Below are positions 39,620 to 52,579 of a stretch of DNA of 64,000 nucleotides, piece by piece (position 1 is the stretch's first letter; every line of letters starts with the position of its first letter). A program made the translations under genes and the position numbers. Origin of the DNA: Narcine bancroftii (taxonomy: Eukaryota); the NCBI RefSeq assembly GCF_036971445.1, contig NC_091469.1, positions 342,302,001 to 342,366,000 of the forward strand, read 5' to 3'. The notes beneath the pieces are model-generated. The model saw only the letters and a program-made list of their open reading frames with translations. It did no database searches and was not told where the DNA came from.

Positions 39620-39855
39620 TTTAATTCAGAGAAACAGCAGGCCCTTCTGGCCCATGAGCCTGTGCTGGCCAAATACATCAATTAACCTACAAACCCTGTA
39701 AGTTTTTGTTGGGTGGGAGGAAACCATTGTAACAAGAGGAACCCCATGCAGACTTGGGGAGAATGTTCAAACTCTTCACAGAGAGCACGGATTTGAACCC
39801 ATGTCGCTGGTGCTGTAATAGCCTTCTGCTAGCCACTATGTTAATCGTGCTGTCC
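39620..39855 (-). mobile_element. tRNA-derived SINE
   Basis: GGCCCTTCTGGCCCATGAGCC...CAAACTCTTCACAGAGAGCACGGATTTGAACCC. Confidence 0.82.
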
Positions 39856-40969
39856 TTTGTCCAAGGGAATTTCAAATGTTTAGAAGACCTATTGGAAGCA
39901 CTTTCCATTCATTTATTTCCTGTTAACTTTGAAGTTTCTTTCTCTCCCAACCAAAATCTACATCATATATAATATTCTTTTAAAATTTAAATCCTAAATA
40001 ATTGGAGGATTGTAGGTTAATGTGGGTATAATTGGGTGGCATGGGTTAAATTGCTGGAATAATCTTCTACCATGCTTAATTGAAATGCATTTTCTTTTAA
40101 AAATTCAATATTTAAATTTCATATCTAATATGTTCATTATCAAGATCTGAAGCTCCAATTACACAACTTTTTTTCAAAAATTACTTCATGAGTGGAATCC
40201 AAATTTAACCAAACTTAACTCAAGTGTAATCGGTGGAGTTTCATGATTAGTGAATCTGAATACCTGCATTTTTTTTTCAAATGCTATGTATGAGTTAACC
40301 CAATAGTTGGGCTTCTGCAATATTTTCTCTTTGGCTGCTATTCTCAAATGTTCCATTCAGGTAATTATGCAGAGCTCAAATCTTTGGATACCACAGTAAA
40401 TTTACTTTATTATTAAAGCATTACTGATAATGAGTGTGTTGTGAAAAGCTTTGATGAAAACTTGATAATTAATCTATTGAAATAGACTAATTAATATAAG
40501 CAAATATTTTTAAAGTTAAAAGAATGGGTTCAAGGAGATAATTTTATTTATGTATCCCCCATGCAAGTTTACTTTCCATTATACCTAAAAAAAAATGCAG
40601 AACATTATTGGATCAAAGGGATTATAATTTGCTTTCAGGAGAGCTGTCTGTTAAGATCCACTGATTTTAAAGAGAATCAAACTCTATATTTTCCAATTTC
40701 TTTATTATGATCAATTATCTATTGGTAATCTGAGAAAATTGGATAAATTTTACTGGGAAAATACCACAAAATTATTGTACAAGATGAAAGGAGTTTTCTG
40801 GAGAATTTTAGTTTAGTCCATTACAATTTCATATCATTTATTACAAATTAATTTATTGTGACTTCCTACGATACATTGGTGTAAATTGAACAACATTGGA
40901 GAATGGGAATCCCACCACTCAGCATGCAATTTCTGAAATGTTTTATTGTTAACATAATGTTACAAACAG

Positions 40970-41290
40970 AACTTAAAGCATAAAAATGTTCAGCTCAGAA
41001 ACATGCCCTTCATCCTGCATGTATGTGCTGAACACAATGCCGAGATCAAATTAAAATGCTGTTTGCACATGAAGATCATCCCTCCATCCCCTTCATATCA
41101 TGTGTCTGTCTGTAAGCCTCTTAAATGCAAGTATGGTATCTTCTTCCACAACTAATCCTGGCATCCCATTCCAGGTTCCTGCCACTCTCTCTATATAACA
41201 AAAAAATGCTGTGCGTATCTCCCTTAAACTTTCTCTCCCTCACCTTAATGCTCGTCCTTCAGTGTGTGATTCTCTTACCTCAGGAAAAGA
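40970..41290 (-). mobile_element. CR1 LINE, 3' relic
   Basis: Similar to the CR1 3' region at 6800-7080 and 60250-60540 (CCTCTTAAATG...CCACTCTCT...CCCTTAAACTT). Confidence 0.55.
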
Positions 41291-41639
41291 AAAGAACAAT
41301 ACTAATTGTACTGTTGACTATGACCTCAGCAGAGGATCCAGCTTTGTCAAGCACCAGCACTAAATGAAAGTAGCTTGCATTTTAAAACACCGAATAGTCT
41401 CCTCTTTTATTACCCCAATAATTAATGGGGTGTCTATCTTTACCATTGCCCTCTACTTCTCTGACCTCATAGCATCTGGCCTCTTCCATTCACATAGACT
41501 CAATATGACTTACTTCCCCATAATCTACTTTGTAGATAGTCTTGCCTCTGCTCTTCCCATAGTTGCAAATTCCTCTATCTATCTCTGCGGTCCCATGACC
41601 CCCTTTGCCCTCACTCTTGCTATCACAGTTGTCATTATG

Positions 41640-41642
<3 letters not shown>

Positions 41643-41676
<34 letters not shown>
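41643..41676. repeat. (TC)n microsatellite
   Basis: About 16 perfect TC units. Confidence 0.95.
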
Positions 41677-41677
<1 letters not shown>

Positions 41678-42113
41678 ATAGCCCTGGACATCCTCACTAT
41701 CTCTTGAGACCATCATATCTCTACATTGTCTTTATGGAGTGGGCACATAATCATTAAGTTTCTGCATTAGTTTCTTGAAACCTGCTCCAGCTCCAATGTT
41801 TTGGAATGCAAGTGAAGTCTCTAATCAGCAGCTGGGGAAGTTAAAATTAAATACTTAAATAAAATCTAGATTTAAATATAACAGCAGAATGTGAAATTGT
41901 GGCAATTAAAACAATAACATTATCATAAATGCTTCACCAATGTCCTTCTTTATCCAGTCTGGATTATATGTGATTTTGGATCCACCAGTGTGGTTGGTTC
42001 CTAATTGGACTCACAAGTGGCCTAGCAAGTGACTCAGTGCAGACAGAAATTAGCTTTGGAAAATTAATGGTGGCCTCACCAGTCATACCCACATCATGTA
42101 ATCAATTAAATAA

Positions 42114-42628
42114 CACTGAACAATTTTTTTTTCAAACGGTTTGCTTCCTGAAATAAAATTGGGGATTACAATGGATAGCTTCAAGATGAACACAAAAGAT
42201 AATTTCATATTTGTTGCATCACATAGGAAGTTGGAGAAACATTTAATTATTTTTTCTTTAATTGCATAATGATGCTGACACACTGCGTTAGTTCAAGTGA
42301 CCTAAAAATGTTCTGTAATTGATTTTTGTTTGTACTCAGCATCTGATGTCTCTTGTGTCAGTGTCCAACCAGAATTGGACAGCATTGAAGGATTCCAGTT
42401 GCCCTGATACCACTTTTCCATGGTCGCAATGTCCTGGTGAAACCTTTCACCATGTTCATCACTCACTGAAGTAGACTTAAAATCTGATAGGAAGTCACAA
42501 AAATAGGTAATATCTAAAAAAAATATGGTGCATGATACGAAAATTTTAAGGTGATTTTCATGATCAAAATCCATAAAATACACCCAAAAGGCACTCAAAA
42601 ACCACACTAGTCTTGTTACCTGACAGTG
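42114..42628 (-). mobile_element. Internally deleted DNA transposon, probably CMC/Chapaev3-like
   Basis: CACTG...CAGTG termini; transposase C-terminal motif VSDEHGERFHQDIATMEKWYQGNWNPSML...WTL (ORF 42302-42640). Confidence 0.7.
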
Positions 42629-43070
42629 ATAGAAGGACATTATCTAGTTTATCTTTTCTCTACATTTCACACTACATGGCCCATTAACAAAACAATGCTC
42701 TTGGAAATAAACTTCAAATACTGCCTGTTTTTAATTTGAACAATCTAATCACAAAATTACAATTTCACATTCTTGTTTCAATGACACAGGTGTTGCCTGT
42801 AGAAACAGTCAGAGACATATTCATTAAAATAGCATTATCCCTAGCAGTATTTACATGTATACAATTTAAGTCACTTATCTGTGTTGCATGCCAAACACTG
42901 TCATTTACTGACATGCTGTAAAATGATGGTTTCCTGCTGGATCTGTGGCTTAAAATGTCTGCTCTCAAAAATGATAGCGATGTTCTTAATTTTGCCAGTT
43001 TTATATTAGAATTTAGAAGCAGGAGTAGGTCCCATTAAGTAAACTCATGGCTGATTTGGCTGTTAGCCTT

Positions 43071-43800
43071 GGCCATTTCATATCAGGCCCCCGCCTTGAG
43101 ACCAGCGACGGAGCAGATAAAAAAATGGGAACTCACCTTACAGACAGCAGCCCTTAAAGGCTGCCCCAGCATCCCATTCATATTCAGAGGCACCTCTTAG
43201 TGCACTTTAGATCCCATGGAGGTGGGGTTGCTGGTGCCGAAACGCCAACCATCATTAATACATGGCAGAGCAATGACCATCTTCCCTACCCATAATCCCC
43301 CACGCAGCTGAAACCGCTCTGTGGTTCCCAGAACAGTTCCAGCTGCATGGGGGATTACAGGTAGGGAAGACAGACATTGCTCTGCTGCGTTTTGAGCCAC
43401 AGAGAATGGCCCCGAAGAACGAAGCAGCCCGGTGTAGCTGTCCCAGCCCACACTGGCTGCCCCCTGACAGCGTCTGCTGCCCTGCCAGTCCCCACTGCCC
43501 CACTGGTCCCCACTGCCCCAACGGTCCCCACTGCCCCTGATTTGGAGGGAGAGGGGTAAGTGGGGAGATGGGTTGCGGGCTGACGGGATCATCAGCTCGC
43601 CCCTAAACAGCTGCTTAGCACGCCTGTACATTCAGATTGATTGGTGGAGGGCTGCGCTGCTGAGATTATCCCTCTCGGAGAGGAGTTGGAATATGTGGCT
43701 TGGAGACCACCTCCGCGCATTCAGGAAGGTAGGTGATTATACATTTTGGCAATGTTTCTCCACCTTTACATCTCAACTTTTGGGCTATCTGAAATGGCCT
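43071..43800. mobile_element. PIF/Harbinger-like MITE, inverted sister of 23596-24448
   Basis: GGCCATTTCA / TGAAATGGCCT termini, CTT on both sides; collinear with the reverse complement of 23596-24448 but with a shorter minisatellite. Confidence 0.85.
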
Positions 43801-44332
43801 CTTGACTCAACTTTTCTGTCCAGTCTTCATAACTCTTGATTCTTCTGTAGTCCATAAATCCAATCCTCTTCAGCTAGAATATGACACAGTCTCCACAGCT
43901 GGCTTCCAAAGATGTATAACCTTCTGTGAAAAGAAATTCCAGTTTTAAATGGATGACCCCCTAAGCAGACTGCAGCAATCCCTCTAAAGGATGGTGCATT
44001 CAAGCATTTATTCCAATTCCTGTGCACTTTCACACTCTGCATTTGTAAAGCGAAAGATATGGGGTACTATTTCCCATTTAACTGAGAAAGAAAGGATCTG
44101 TCTCAGCTTTGCTTTGAGGTTATCATCATCATATAAGCTGTTCTTCAACTGATTCTATTCACTCAATACAATGTTAAGTATTGGCTGAGAGCTCTGAATG
44201 CATCAAAGGCCTTAGTACTGAAAACCTGTGCTCCAGAGCTAGCTGCACTTCTAACTATGCTCTTCCAGTACAGCAACACCTCTGGTAACTTCCTGGCAGC
44301 GTTGATTATTTTTCTCCAAAAATAGGCTGCAT

Positions 44333-45015
44333 TCACAATAAATTATTTACATAAAGGAAAACCGTTCAAAGTATTTTCATGTCTATAGTGTCAATCATAG
44401 CTATACATTCCAATCAATGTAAATTGTTACATTACCACCCCTGGGGCACCTTGTCACCCCCCCCCCCACCCCCCATTTCAGCTCCTCAATGTTCAGTAAT
44501 GGGAAGACTCTAGATTGTGATCATTCTCCACAGCGCCCTTGTGTTAGCTGTACCAAGTCTCTGTGCGACCCTTAGTACGTAATCCTGCAGTCTGGAATGT
44601 GCTACCATCAGCATTCTCTCACCAACATTTCCATATGCTGAAAGATCAACAGGTTTCAGGCAGACCAAAATGCATCTTTCACCGAGTTGATGGTCTTCCA
44701 GCAGTTCTGGATGCCCGACTCTGTGTGCATCCTGGGAACAGCCCTTCAGAGAGATCAGAGAGTCCACTATCACGCTGTTGGGGATGAACAGTGGTAAGAA
44801 CACACACTCTTTGTGAATCTGCATTCAGCAAAGAGGTGGGCGACTGTCTCCACTCCTCCGCAGTCATTTGGGGACAACATGTGTGGTCGGTGTTTTTCTG
44901 GTTGTAGAGGAAAGATCTGACTGCCAGCTAGGCCAAGTCCTGGTGCTTGTTTGTGAACCCCGGCAATGAGGCATCACTACAGAAGGAACAGGTATAACCT
45001 TCGGAAAGCCATATC
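44333..45015 (-). mobile_element. L1/Tx1-like LINE, 3' fragment
   Basis: C-terminal ...VAHSRLQDYVLRVAQRLGTANTRALW, Cys/His-containing relic upstream, AT-rich 3' UTR. Confidence 0.65.
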
Positions 45016-45019
45016 CCAG

Positions 45020-46820
45020 GTGAAGTGGAGTTTCCAGATGAAAGTGGAAAGAACAAAGGATATTCAACAGTGTGGCAGGGTCTAAATGACATAACCTGCT
45101 ATAAACCCAAATCCGGAGCAGTAGGAGATGACAAAGCTTCACTCCACAATGAACTCAATGCCTTCTATGTCTCATTTGATAATAAAAACAAGGAAAAACC
45201 ACCACAGTGCATTCCCGTGTCCCCTGATGATCTTCTCCTCTCTGTTTCCAAGGATGACATGAGAGCTCCTTTCATGAGAGTAAATCTGAGGAAAGCATCT
45301 GATCTAGATGAATACTCGGCCAAGCATTAAAAATCTGTGCTGACCAACATGCCAATGTATTCATGGATACCTTTTCAATATCTCACTCAAGCAGAGTTTC
45401 AAACAGGCATCAATCGTATGGTGCCCAATAAGCGTGTAGTAACCAACCTTAATGATGATCGACCAGTGGTACTCACACCCACAGTGATGAAGTGTTTTGA
45501 AAGGCTGGTCTTGAAACATGTTAGCTCCTGTCTGAGTGATGACATAGATCTGTTCCATTTCGCCTATTGTAACAACAAGTCTACTATGGTGGATGCCATC
45601 TTACTGAGTCTAAACAAAACCCTGGAACACCTGAGCAGCAAAGATGCTTACATCAGGATGCTCTTTATCGACAACAGTTCAGCATTTAACACCAACATCC
45701 CCTCAAATTTGATCACCAAACTCCAAGAACTGGGACTCAACACCCACTGTGTAATTGGATACTTGATTTCCTCATCTCCAGACCACAATTAGTTAGGATT
45801 GGTAAGACTATCTCCCTCACCATCTCCAACAGTACTGGAGCAATGTAGGACTGTGTTCTTAGCCCCCCTGTTCTACTCACTTTACACTTATGACTCTGTG
45901 GCTCAGAATGACAATAACACCATCTAAAAATTCACTGACCATATCACAGTAATGGGTTGTATAATGTCAGCATACAGAGAGATTGAAAACTTGGCTGAAT
46001 GGTGAACCAACAACAACCTCACACTCAATGGCACCAAAACCAAGAAGCTTATTGTTGACTTTAGGAAGGGAAAACCAGAAGTATACAATCCATTGATCAT
46101 TTGGGGACCAGAGGTGGAAAGAGTGAGGAAATTTAAGTTCTTGGGAGTCACTATCTTGGAGGAACTTTCCTCGACCCAACACACAAATGGCATCTTGAAG
46201 AAAGCACATCAGCGCCTCTACTTCCTCAGCAGTTTGTGGAGGTCTGGTATGATATTGGAAACTCTGGCAAATTTCCACATATGTGTGGTGGAAAGTGTGC
46301 TGACCAGCTGTATCATGCTCTGGAATGGGGACACCAATACACTGAACATAAAGCCCTGCAAAAGGTAAAGGATACAGCCCAGGACATCATGGATAAAACC
46401 CTCCCCATCATGGGGAACTCTCCCCATCAAATGGAACTCTCCAGCTGGAGAATAGCAGGATCCTCACCACATAGTACATGCTCTGTTCTCACTGTTACCA
46501 TCAGGAAAAATATAGGTGCCACAAGACTTACACCACCAGGTTCTGGAACAGCTTTTACCCCTCCACCATTTGGCTCCGCAACAACAAACTCAATCAGGGA
46601 TTTACTTAAGGAATCTTATTTTTGAACTTCATTGATTTTTCTTATTCTCTCAATATTGCCCAGCTTGTTTACATTTCTTTATTTGTTTACATTTGTTCAT
46701 TAGTCAGTTTATTTTTGCACCGCCAATAAGTGGTCATTCTGCCTTGCCTATAGGGAAGAAAAAAACGCAATCTCAGGGTTGTATGTACTCTGACAATAAA
46801 TCTAAATTTAAATCTAAAAT
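45020..46820 (+). mobile_element. Rex1/Babar LINE, 5'-truncated (subfamily A)
   Basis: DRPVVLTPTVMKCFERLV...[13 protein letters not shown]...VERVRKFKFLGV...KKAHQRLYFL; AATAAA(TCTAAA)n tail. Confidence 0.93.
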
Positions 46821-46834
46821 TAGATGACCTGGAT

Positions 46835-47345
46835 TGTGGAAAATTCACTAGATTCAATCCGTCCACAAAAGACAGGACAGGCACAATCCAGCTAATTGCC
46901 ACTTCTTTAGTTCACTCACGATCATCAGCAAAGTGATGGAAGGGGCCATTGAATGGCACATTTTTATTTTTAACTAGAACCACTCAGCTGCAGACTTCAT
47001 CATAGCCTTGGATCAAAAGATAACTGGAGAGTGACAGTAAATCCTGGATGTTCAGTAAGTGTGACATCTCTCCTCATCATTGTGACATTCGACAAAAGTC
47101 TGGACAAAATCAATGGGATTCAAAAGGAAAATGTTCTGAAGGATGGAGTCAACCTTATCCAAGGGAAGATGACTGTAGCTGTTGGAAGTTAATCATCCCA
47201 GCCCAGGGATATCACTGTAGGAGTTCCTAAGATATGTGTCTTAAGCCCAACCATCTTCAACTACTTCATTAATGACCTTCCTTTCATTATAAAATTGGAA
47301 ATGGTCAAGTTTGCTGATGGACAATGTTCATTCCATTTGCAGTTT
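46835..47345 (+). mobile_element. CR1-like LINE RT relic
   Basis: GVP*DMCLSPTIFNYFINDL...FAD-like relic (GGAGTTCCTAAG...TTCATTAATGACCTT...TTTGCTGATG). Confidence 0.6.
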
Positions 47346-47489
47346 GTCACTAAGGGTTGCCACCCTTAGCTTAGTGCCACGTTGTTACAGGTCTGGTGAC
47401 TCGGGTTTGAATCTGGCACTGTCTGAAAGTGAGGAAATGCTGCGTGTCTATGATGGGTCATTAGTTAAGGGACACCAAGGAACTGTAGT

Positions 47490-48925
47490 AGAGATTTTAG
47501 ATTTTTTGTCAGAGTACATACATGGTGTCACATACATCCCTGAGATTCCTTTTTCCTATAGGTGCAGCAGAATTACCAACAATTGGTAGTGCAAAAAATA
47601 AACATGTACACAGTATGAACATGTAAACAATAAAAAGAACTGTAAATAGATAATAAATGCAAGCAAACTGACTGCAATACAAAGAGAACAAAAAGAAAAT
47701 CAATAAACTAGACAAGTAAGAATCTTTAAATGAGTCTCTGATGAGTTTGTCATTGAGGAGTCTGATGATGGAGGGGTAGCAGCTGTCCCTGAACTTGGTG
47801 GTACAAATCTTCTGGCATCTATACCTCCTTCCCTGATGGAAGCAGCGAGAACAGAGAGTGTAGTGGGTGGTAAGGGTCTTTGATGATTGCTACTGCCCTC
47901 AGATGGCAGCGTTCCCAATAGATGTACTCAATAGTAGCAGAGGGTTTTGCCTGTAATGTCCTGGGCTGTGTCCACTACCGTTTTCAGGTCTTCAGTCTTG
48001 GGGATTTTGGTGTCCCCATGATGTAGCTGGTCAACAAAATTTCCACCACACCTTTGTAGACATTTTCCAGGGTTTCCGACATCATGCAAAATCTCCACAA
48101 ACTCTTGAGGAAGTAGAGGTGCTGATATGCTTTCTTCACAATGCCATTGGTATGTTGGGTCCAGAAAAAAAACCTTAGAGATAGTGACTCTCAAGAACTT
48201 AAATTTGCTCACCCTCTCCATCTCTGATCCCCAAATGATCACTGGATTGTACACCTCTGGCTTTCCTGACGTCAACAAACAGCTCCTTAGTTTTGGTGAC
48301 ATTGAGTGCAAGGTTGTTGTTGGTGCACCATTCAGCCAAGTTTTCAATCTCCATTCTTTATGCTGACTTTTCTTTATACAACCCACAACTCTTGTATCAT
48401 TGACAAATTTGTAGATGGTGTTATTGTCATACTGAGCTACATAGTCATAGGTGTAATGTGAGTAGATCAGGAGGCTAAGAACACAGCCCTGTGGTGCTCT
48501 GGTTCTGAAGGAGATTTTGAGGGAAAAGTTCTTACCAATCTTCACTGATTGTGGTCTGGAGGTGAGGAAATGACACAGTGGGGTGTTAACTCCCAGGTCT
48601 TGGAATTTTCTGATCAGTTTTGAGGGGATGATGGTATTAAATTCTGAACTATGGTCAATAAAGAGCATCCTAATGTATGTGTCTTTACTGTTCAGGTGTT
48701 CCAGGGTTTTATTTAGAGCCAGTGAGATGTCAACCACCATAGACCTGTTACTATGATAGGCGAACTGGAACGTATCCATGTCACCACTCAGACAGGAGCT
48801 GATATGTTTAATCACCAGCCTTTCAAAACACTTCATCACTGTTGATGTAAGTACTACTGGTCAGTAGTCATTAAGGCAGGTTACTGCTCTCTTCTTGGGC
48901 ACCGGTATGATTGACAACTGTTTGA
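47490..48925 (-). mobile_element. Rex1/Babar LINE, 5'-truncated (subfamily A)
   Basis: ORF 47928-48839 MMKCFERLV...FQFAY...LFIDHSSEFNTI...APQGCVLS...ERVSKFKFL. Confidence 0.93.
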
Positions 48926-48929
48926 AAGA

Positions 48930-50330
48930 GACAGTAGAGTATCAAGTTCCTTAGGGTTCACTTAACTAGTGACCTATCATGGACACACATGTCAAGAAGG
49001 TGCAACAACGAGTGCACTTCCTGTGAAGACTGAAGTGGGCAAGGCAACTGGCCAACATCATGTCAACCTTCTTCAGGAGCTCTATCGAGAGTGTCCTGGC
49101 CAGCTGAGTCACAATGTGGTACAGTTACTGTAGAGAATTGTATCAGAAGTCAATTCACAGGACCATGGATGGGCATGGACGAGAGGAACACTGTAGTCTC
49201 CCTTCTCAATGCAATTTTTAGGGATCATTGGCTGAAGAGGGTATTCAAAATCATTGAGGGTCTCTACCACCCCACACACAGCGTCTTTCAATTACTCCCA
49301 TCGGTAGAGATGCAGGAGTATCAGAACCAGCACCACCAGTCTGAGAAGCAGCTTCATTCCACAGGCAGTGAGAATGTTGAATGACCATTTGAGACTCTAA
49401 TATTGTCTAAACACTATCCATTTATTCATTTATTTATTTCATATATAGGGATACCTTGTATAACAGTTTTGAACAGAGAGGGTTTGATATGGCATGGTTT
49501 ATAATTTTAATATAGTAATAACCAAAAATGGTGAAAATTTTATTAAGACCAACATAAACACAATAATTTCATATGACTCGTCTCTTCCCATCCCTTCACT
49601 CACCTCTGGTTGCATTGGTGTAGTTTAGGTGAAGTTGCTGCCCTGCCTGGTTTACTCCTCTTTCTAGTACTTCTGCCTTGCAGTGAGCGAGCCCTGGGGC
49701 GCTCTATGATTTGGTCATCTCCCCGCCCTTTACCCCAACCCGCTCTCCACCGGCCACCATCTCTGATCCAGCGGAATGACCATGCAACCAAGGCCAGAGG
49801 TGGCGGTCTTTATACACTGCCAGATAATTTATCCCCTCACCCCACACCAATTCCTGACCCAGTGGACCCTGCTTCCCTCTGCTCTTCCTCCCCACACCTC
49901 TTGGACATCAGTGGCCAAGATAAAACGGTCTCTCTGTGACATTATAAAGATATGCAATAATGAAAAAAGAAGACTAATGAAGTTGCAAACTACACTGGAC
50001 AAATATGTTCTTAAAAAATGTTCACTTATTGCCAATAAAGATCTTTGTCATTTTTCAGTTTTATACATCCCTTTTAAATATTTTATGCACATCCTTGCAT
50101 AAGAGTTCCAGTTAAAAGAATAAATAATTATACGATTGGAACATATTACATTGTATTACTGCTGTGAACAGTGTGGATTTTCATAACACTGTTTTTGTTT
50201 GGAAAGTATTAACAGGTATCCCTGTATGTATATTATCTCTCTATATGTGATTGCGTGTTTTATACCAGGGGCTGAAGAACCCTGTTTCATTGGGTTGTAA
50301 GCATGCAGTTTGATAATATATAAGACTTCA
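48930..50330 (+). mobile_element. Rex1/Babar LINE 3' fragment (subfamily B), split by a DNA transposon in its 3' UTR
   Basis: Homologous to 18560-19272; the 3' UTR resumes at ~50225 (TATGTATATTATC...CTGTTTCATTGGGTTGTA). Confidence 0.8.
49446..50224. mobile_element. Tigger-like/TcMar non-autonomous DNA element
   Basis: Termini TAGGGATACCT / AGGTATCCCTG, flanked by TA; interrupts the Rex1 3' UTR. Confidence 0.6.
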
Positions 50331-50339
50331 ATGATAAAC

Positions 50340-50858
50340 CACCACCTGGGGTGCTGTGGAGTGGAAGAAGGCCCAGAGTATGAGTCATGGTCTGGAGGAC
50401 AGTTTAGAATGTTGGGATTTCAAAAAGGATGAACATTCCGAAGGCAGCCAGAAGGATCCAGACCAAGCCAGTGGTTCTTCTCTCTGCAAGTAACACAAGA
50501 CAACTTCGAATTTTGTTCTCTCTCTCTCACAAGAACATTTGGCTTTAGTGTACCAAAATCTTTGCTTCAGTTGAGATCAAAGTTCTTTGAGTCTTGTGTG
50601 TTTTGTGTTTGTTTTGTCTAAGTTTTCTGTGGGCTGGTTGGAAATATAACTTAGACTTTAATTCCATTTGTTATATTTAGGCTGGGGAATTTATTAGTTT
50701 TACACTGTTATAGAAATTTGCATAGTAACCAGTGGGCATTGTTATAAAAGGATTTTGAATTAAAGATTGAAGGTGAATTTCTTGTTAATAAAGTAATTGT
50801 TCATCTTCACCTCTGTGTGATATGCCTTCTTTGTGGTTGCTGGTTTGATTTTGTAACA
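50340..50858 (+). mobile_element. Probable LTR fragment (5' end missing)
   Basis: Ends TTTTGTAACA; AATAAA about 70 bp upstream; LTR-like composition; no partner in the window. Confidence 0.45.
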
Positions 50859-52024
50859 GTACAGTATATAAATAAATTTGAACTTAACATCTGCCATAGT
50901 GCTTAAATTCTAAGTACTAGCTGAATAGTGGATTGCTGAATATACAAAAGGGTATTTGTTAAAGTGCATTTTGATTAGGCAGACAATCAGAACATGCACG
51001 ACATATATTTACATTCATAAAGTAAAATACTGTTATTTTTTTCTGTGTTATGGCCTGTAATTGGTCTTTAATCTGCTTCACATCAAATAGTGACAATTTG
51101 CCTCTACACCTTGTGTATATAGATGGGATATTTTGCTTTAAAGCAGTAGGATCGTCATGTCACTCTCACTAGATTTGCTGTGGCAGCTTCCCAATATCAT
51201 CACGGGAAGAGACAAAATGAGGCTGAGTGACTTTGGGCCGCTATCTTTCTTCCTCAATTGGCTAATTCAAGGAGTGGTTTGGGCAGAGATCTGAAAGTAA
51301 GGGAGGAAGTGTGAGATGAAAGAGAGGAGGAAGAAATGAACTAAATTGAAACAGGAGGAATGGGGAGAATGCACATGAAAGACATATTAAATGGTAGAAC
51401 AAAACTAGACAGCATGGTAAAATCCTTTTTGGGGGGGGGCTCGCTGTGAAAATTTTAATTTAAGCCAGTAGTACATTGTTCTCGCATTTATTTCTGGGTG
51501 AAATCATGCCATTTATGAAAATGCACTGGGCACTTCTATGTGCAACCTACATTTTCACACTTTATTTTATTCCAGTATTAAGTGCAAATCAAAAGACAAT
51601 ACACATTTCTGGTGTACTGATATAAACTGCCCAATACTATGACAATCAAAGAACAGCCTCAGTTGAACAGAGCTGGATTGTTGATTTTCAGCTATTTAAA
51701 TTCGCATTCTGTTATCAATTCAATTGAGGAGCTTTAGAACTCCCTGTTGGCTCCCTCAACACTTTCCAAACTCAATAGAGTATGTTAAAATGAAGAAGGG
51801 GTGCAATTTTCAGCATTACTTCTGAGGTCATCTTTCCTTGGGTATCTCAATAATTAAAAATCATTGCTGGAGGCATCCATTGTGGCTAAGGCTGGGAATT
51901 AAATTTGCTCTGGAATGTTGGACTGGAAACACATCTATGTCTGCCAATGTTTTCCCAGAGACTTCAGACAAAACATATGGTCCATTCTGATCAACAGTGT
52001 ACTCATAGGCAGCCATTACTCAAA

Positions 52025-52410
52025 TTCACATTCAAGTTTATTGTCGCACAATAAAATTCAATCAGAAAGTTTATTTTGTGAGCAGTCCAACTAGACATCT
52101 CATACATGGTACAAGAAGTAAGTCACCAGTGAAGCAAGTTTGGTCGGGTAGGGTCTTTTAATATTCTTACTTTACAAGGCAATAGGAGTTAGTTAAAGGG
52201 GAGTGGGGTTCTGTAATGGTCTGAGCCACGTTCACAGCCCTCTGTAGATGATTTTGTTCCTGTACAATGCAGTGATGCACCCAGATAGCATACTTCCAAC
52301 GTACATCTGGAGAATCAGTTGAGTGTACTGATGATGTTCCAATTCTCCTCAGGCTTCTGAGCAAGTAAAAAGACTGGTGAACTTTCCTGGCCATCACATC
52401 TAGGTGGCAT
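52025..52410 (-). mobile_element. Rex1/Babar LINE, deleted 3' fragment
   Basis: RKVHQSFYLLRSLRR...LQRAVNVAQTIT; TTCAAGTTTATTGTC tail. Confidence 0.7.
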
Positions 52411-52579
52411 CGGTCTGATTGCACCTCAAGTTCCCTTTAACAACAAAAGCCTTTCCTCAAAAGGAAAGACTTGCATTTGTTTAGTGTGCAGCTTGTGATT
52501 CAAGACAACTTACTCATGGTGAATGCCAGAATTCTGGGCAGCACACGACAGCTTGTGATGTAACAAGAGCTGCACAAAG

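Noticed and set aside
47928-48839. 303-aa ORF as a functional reverse transcriptase
   Set aside because: Mosaic of frames with a damaged catalytic motif (KFVNDT); 5'-truncated Rex1 relic
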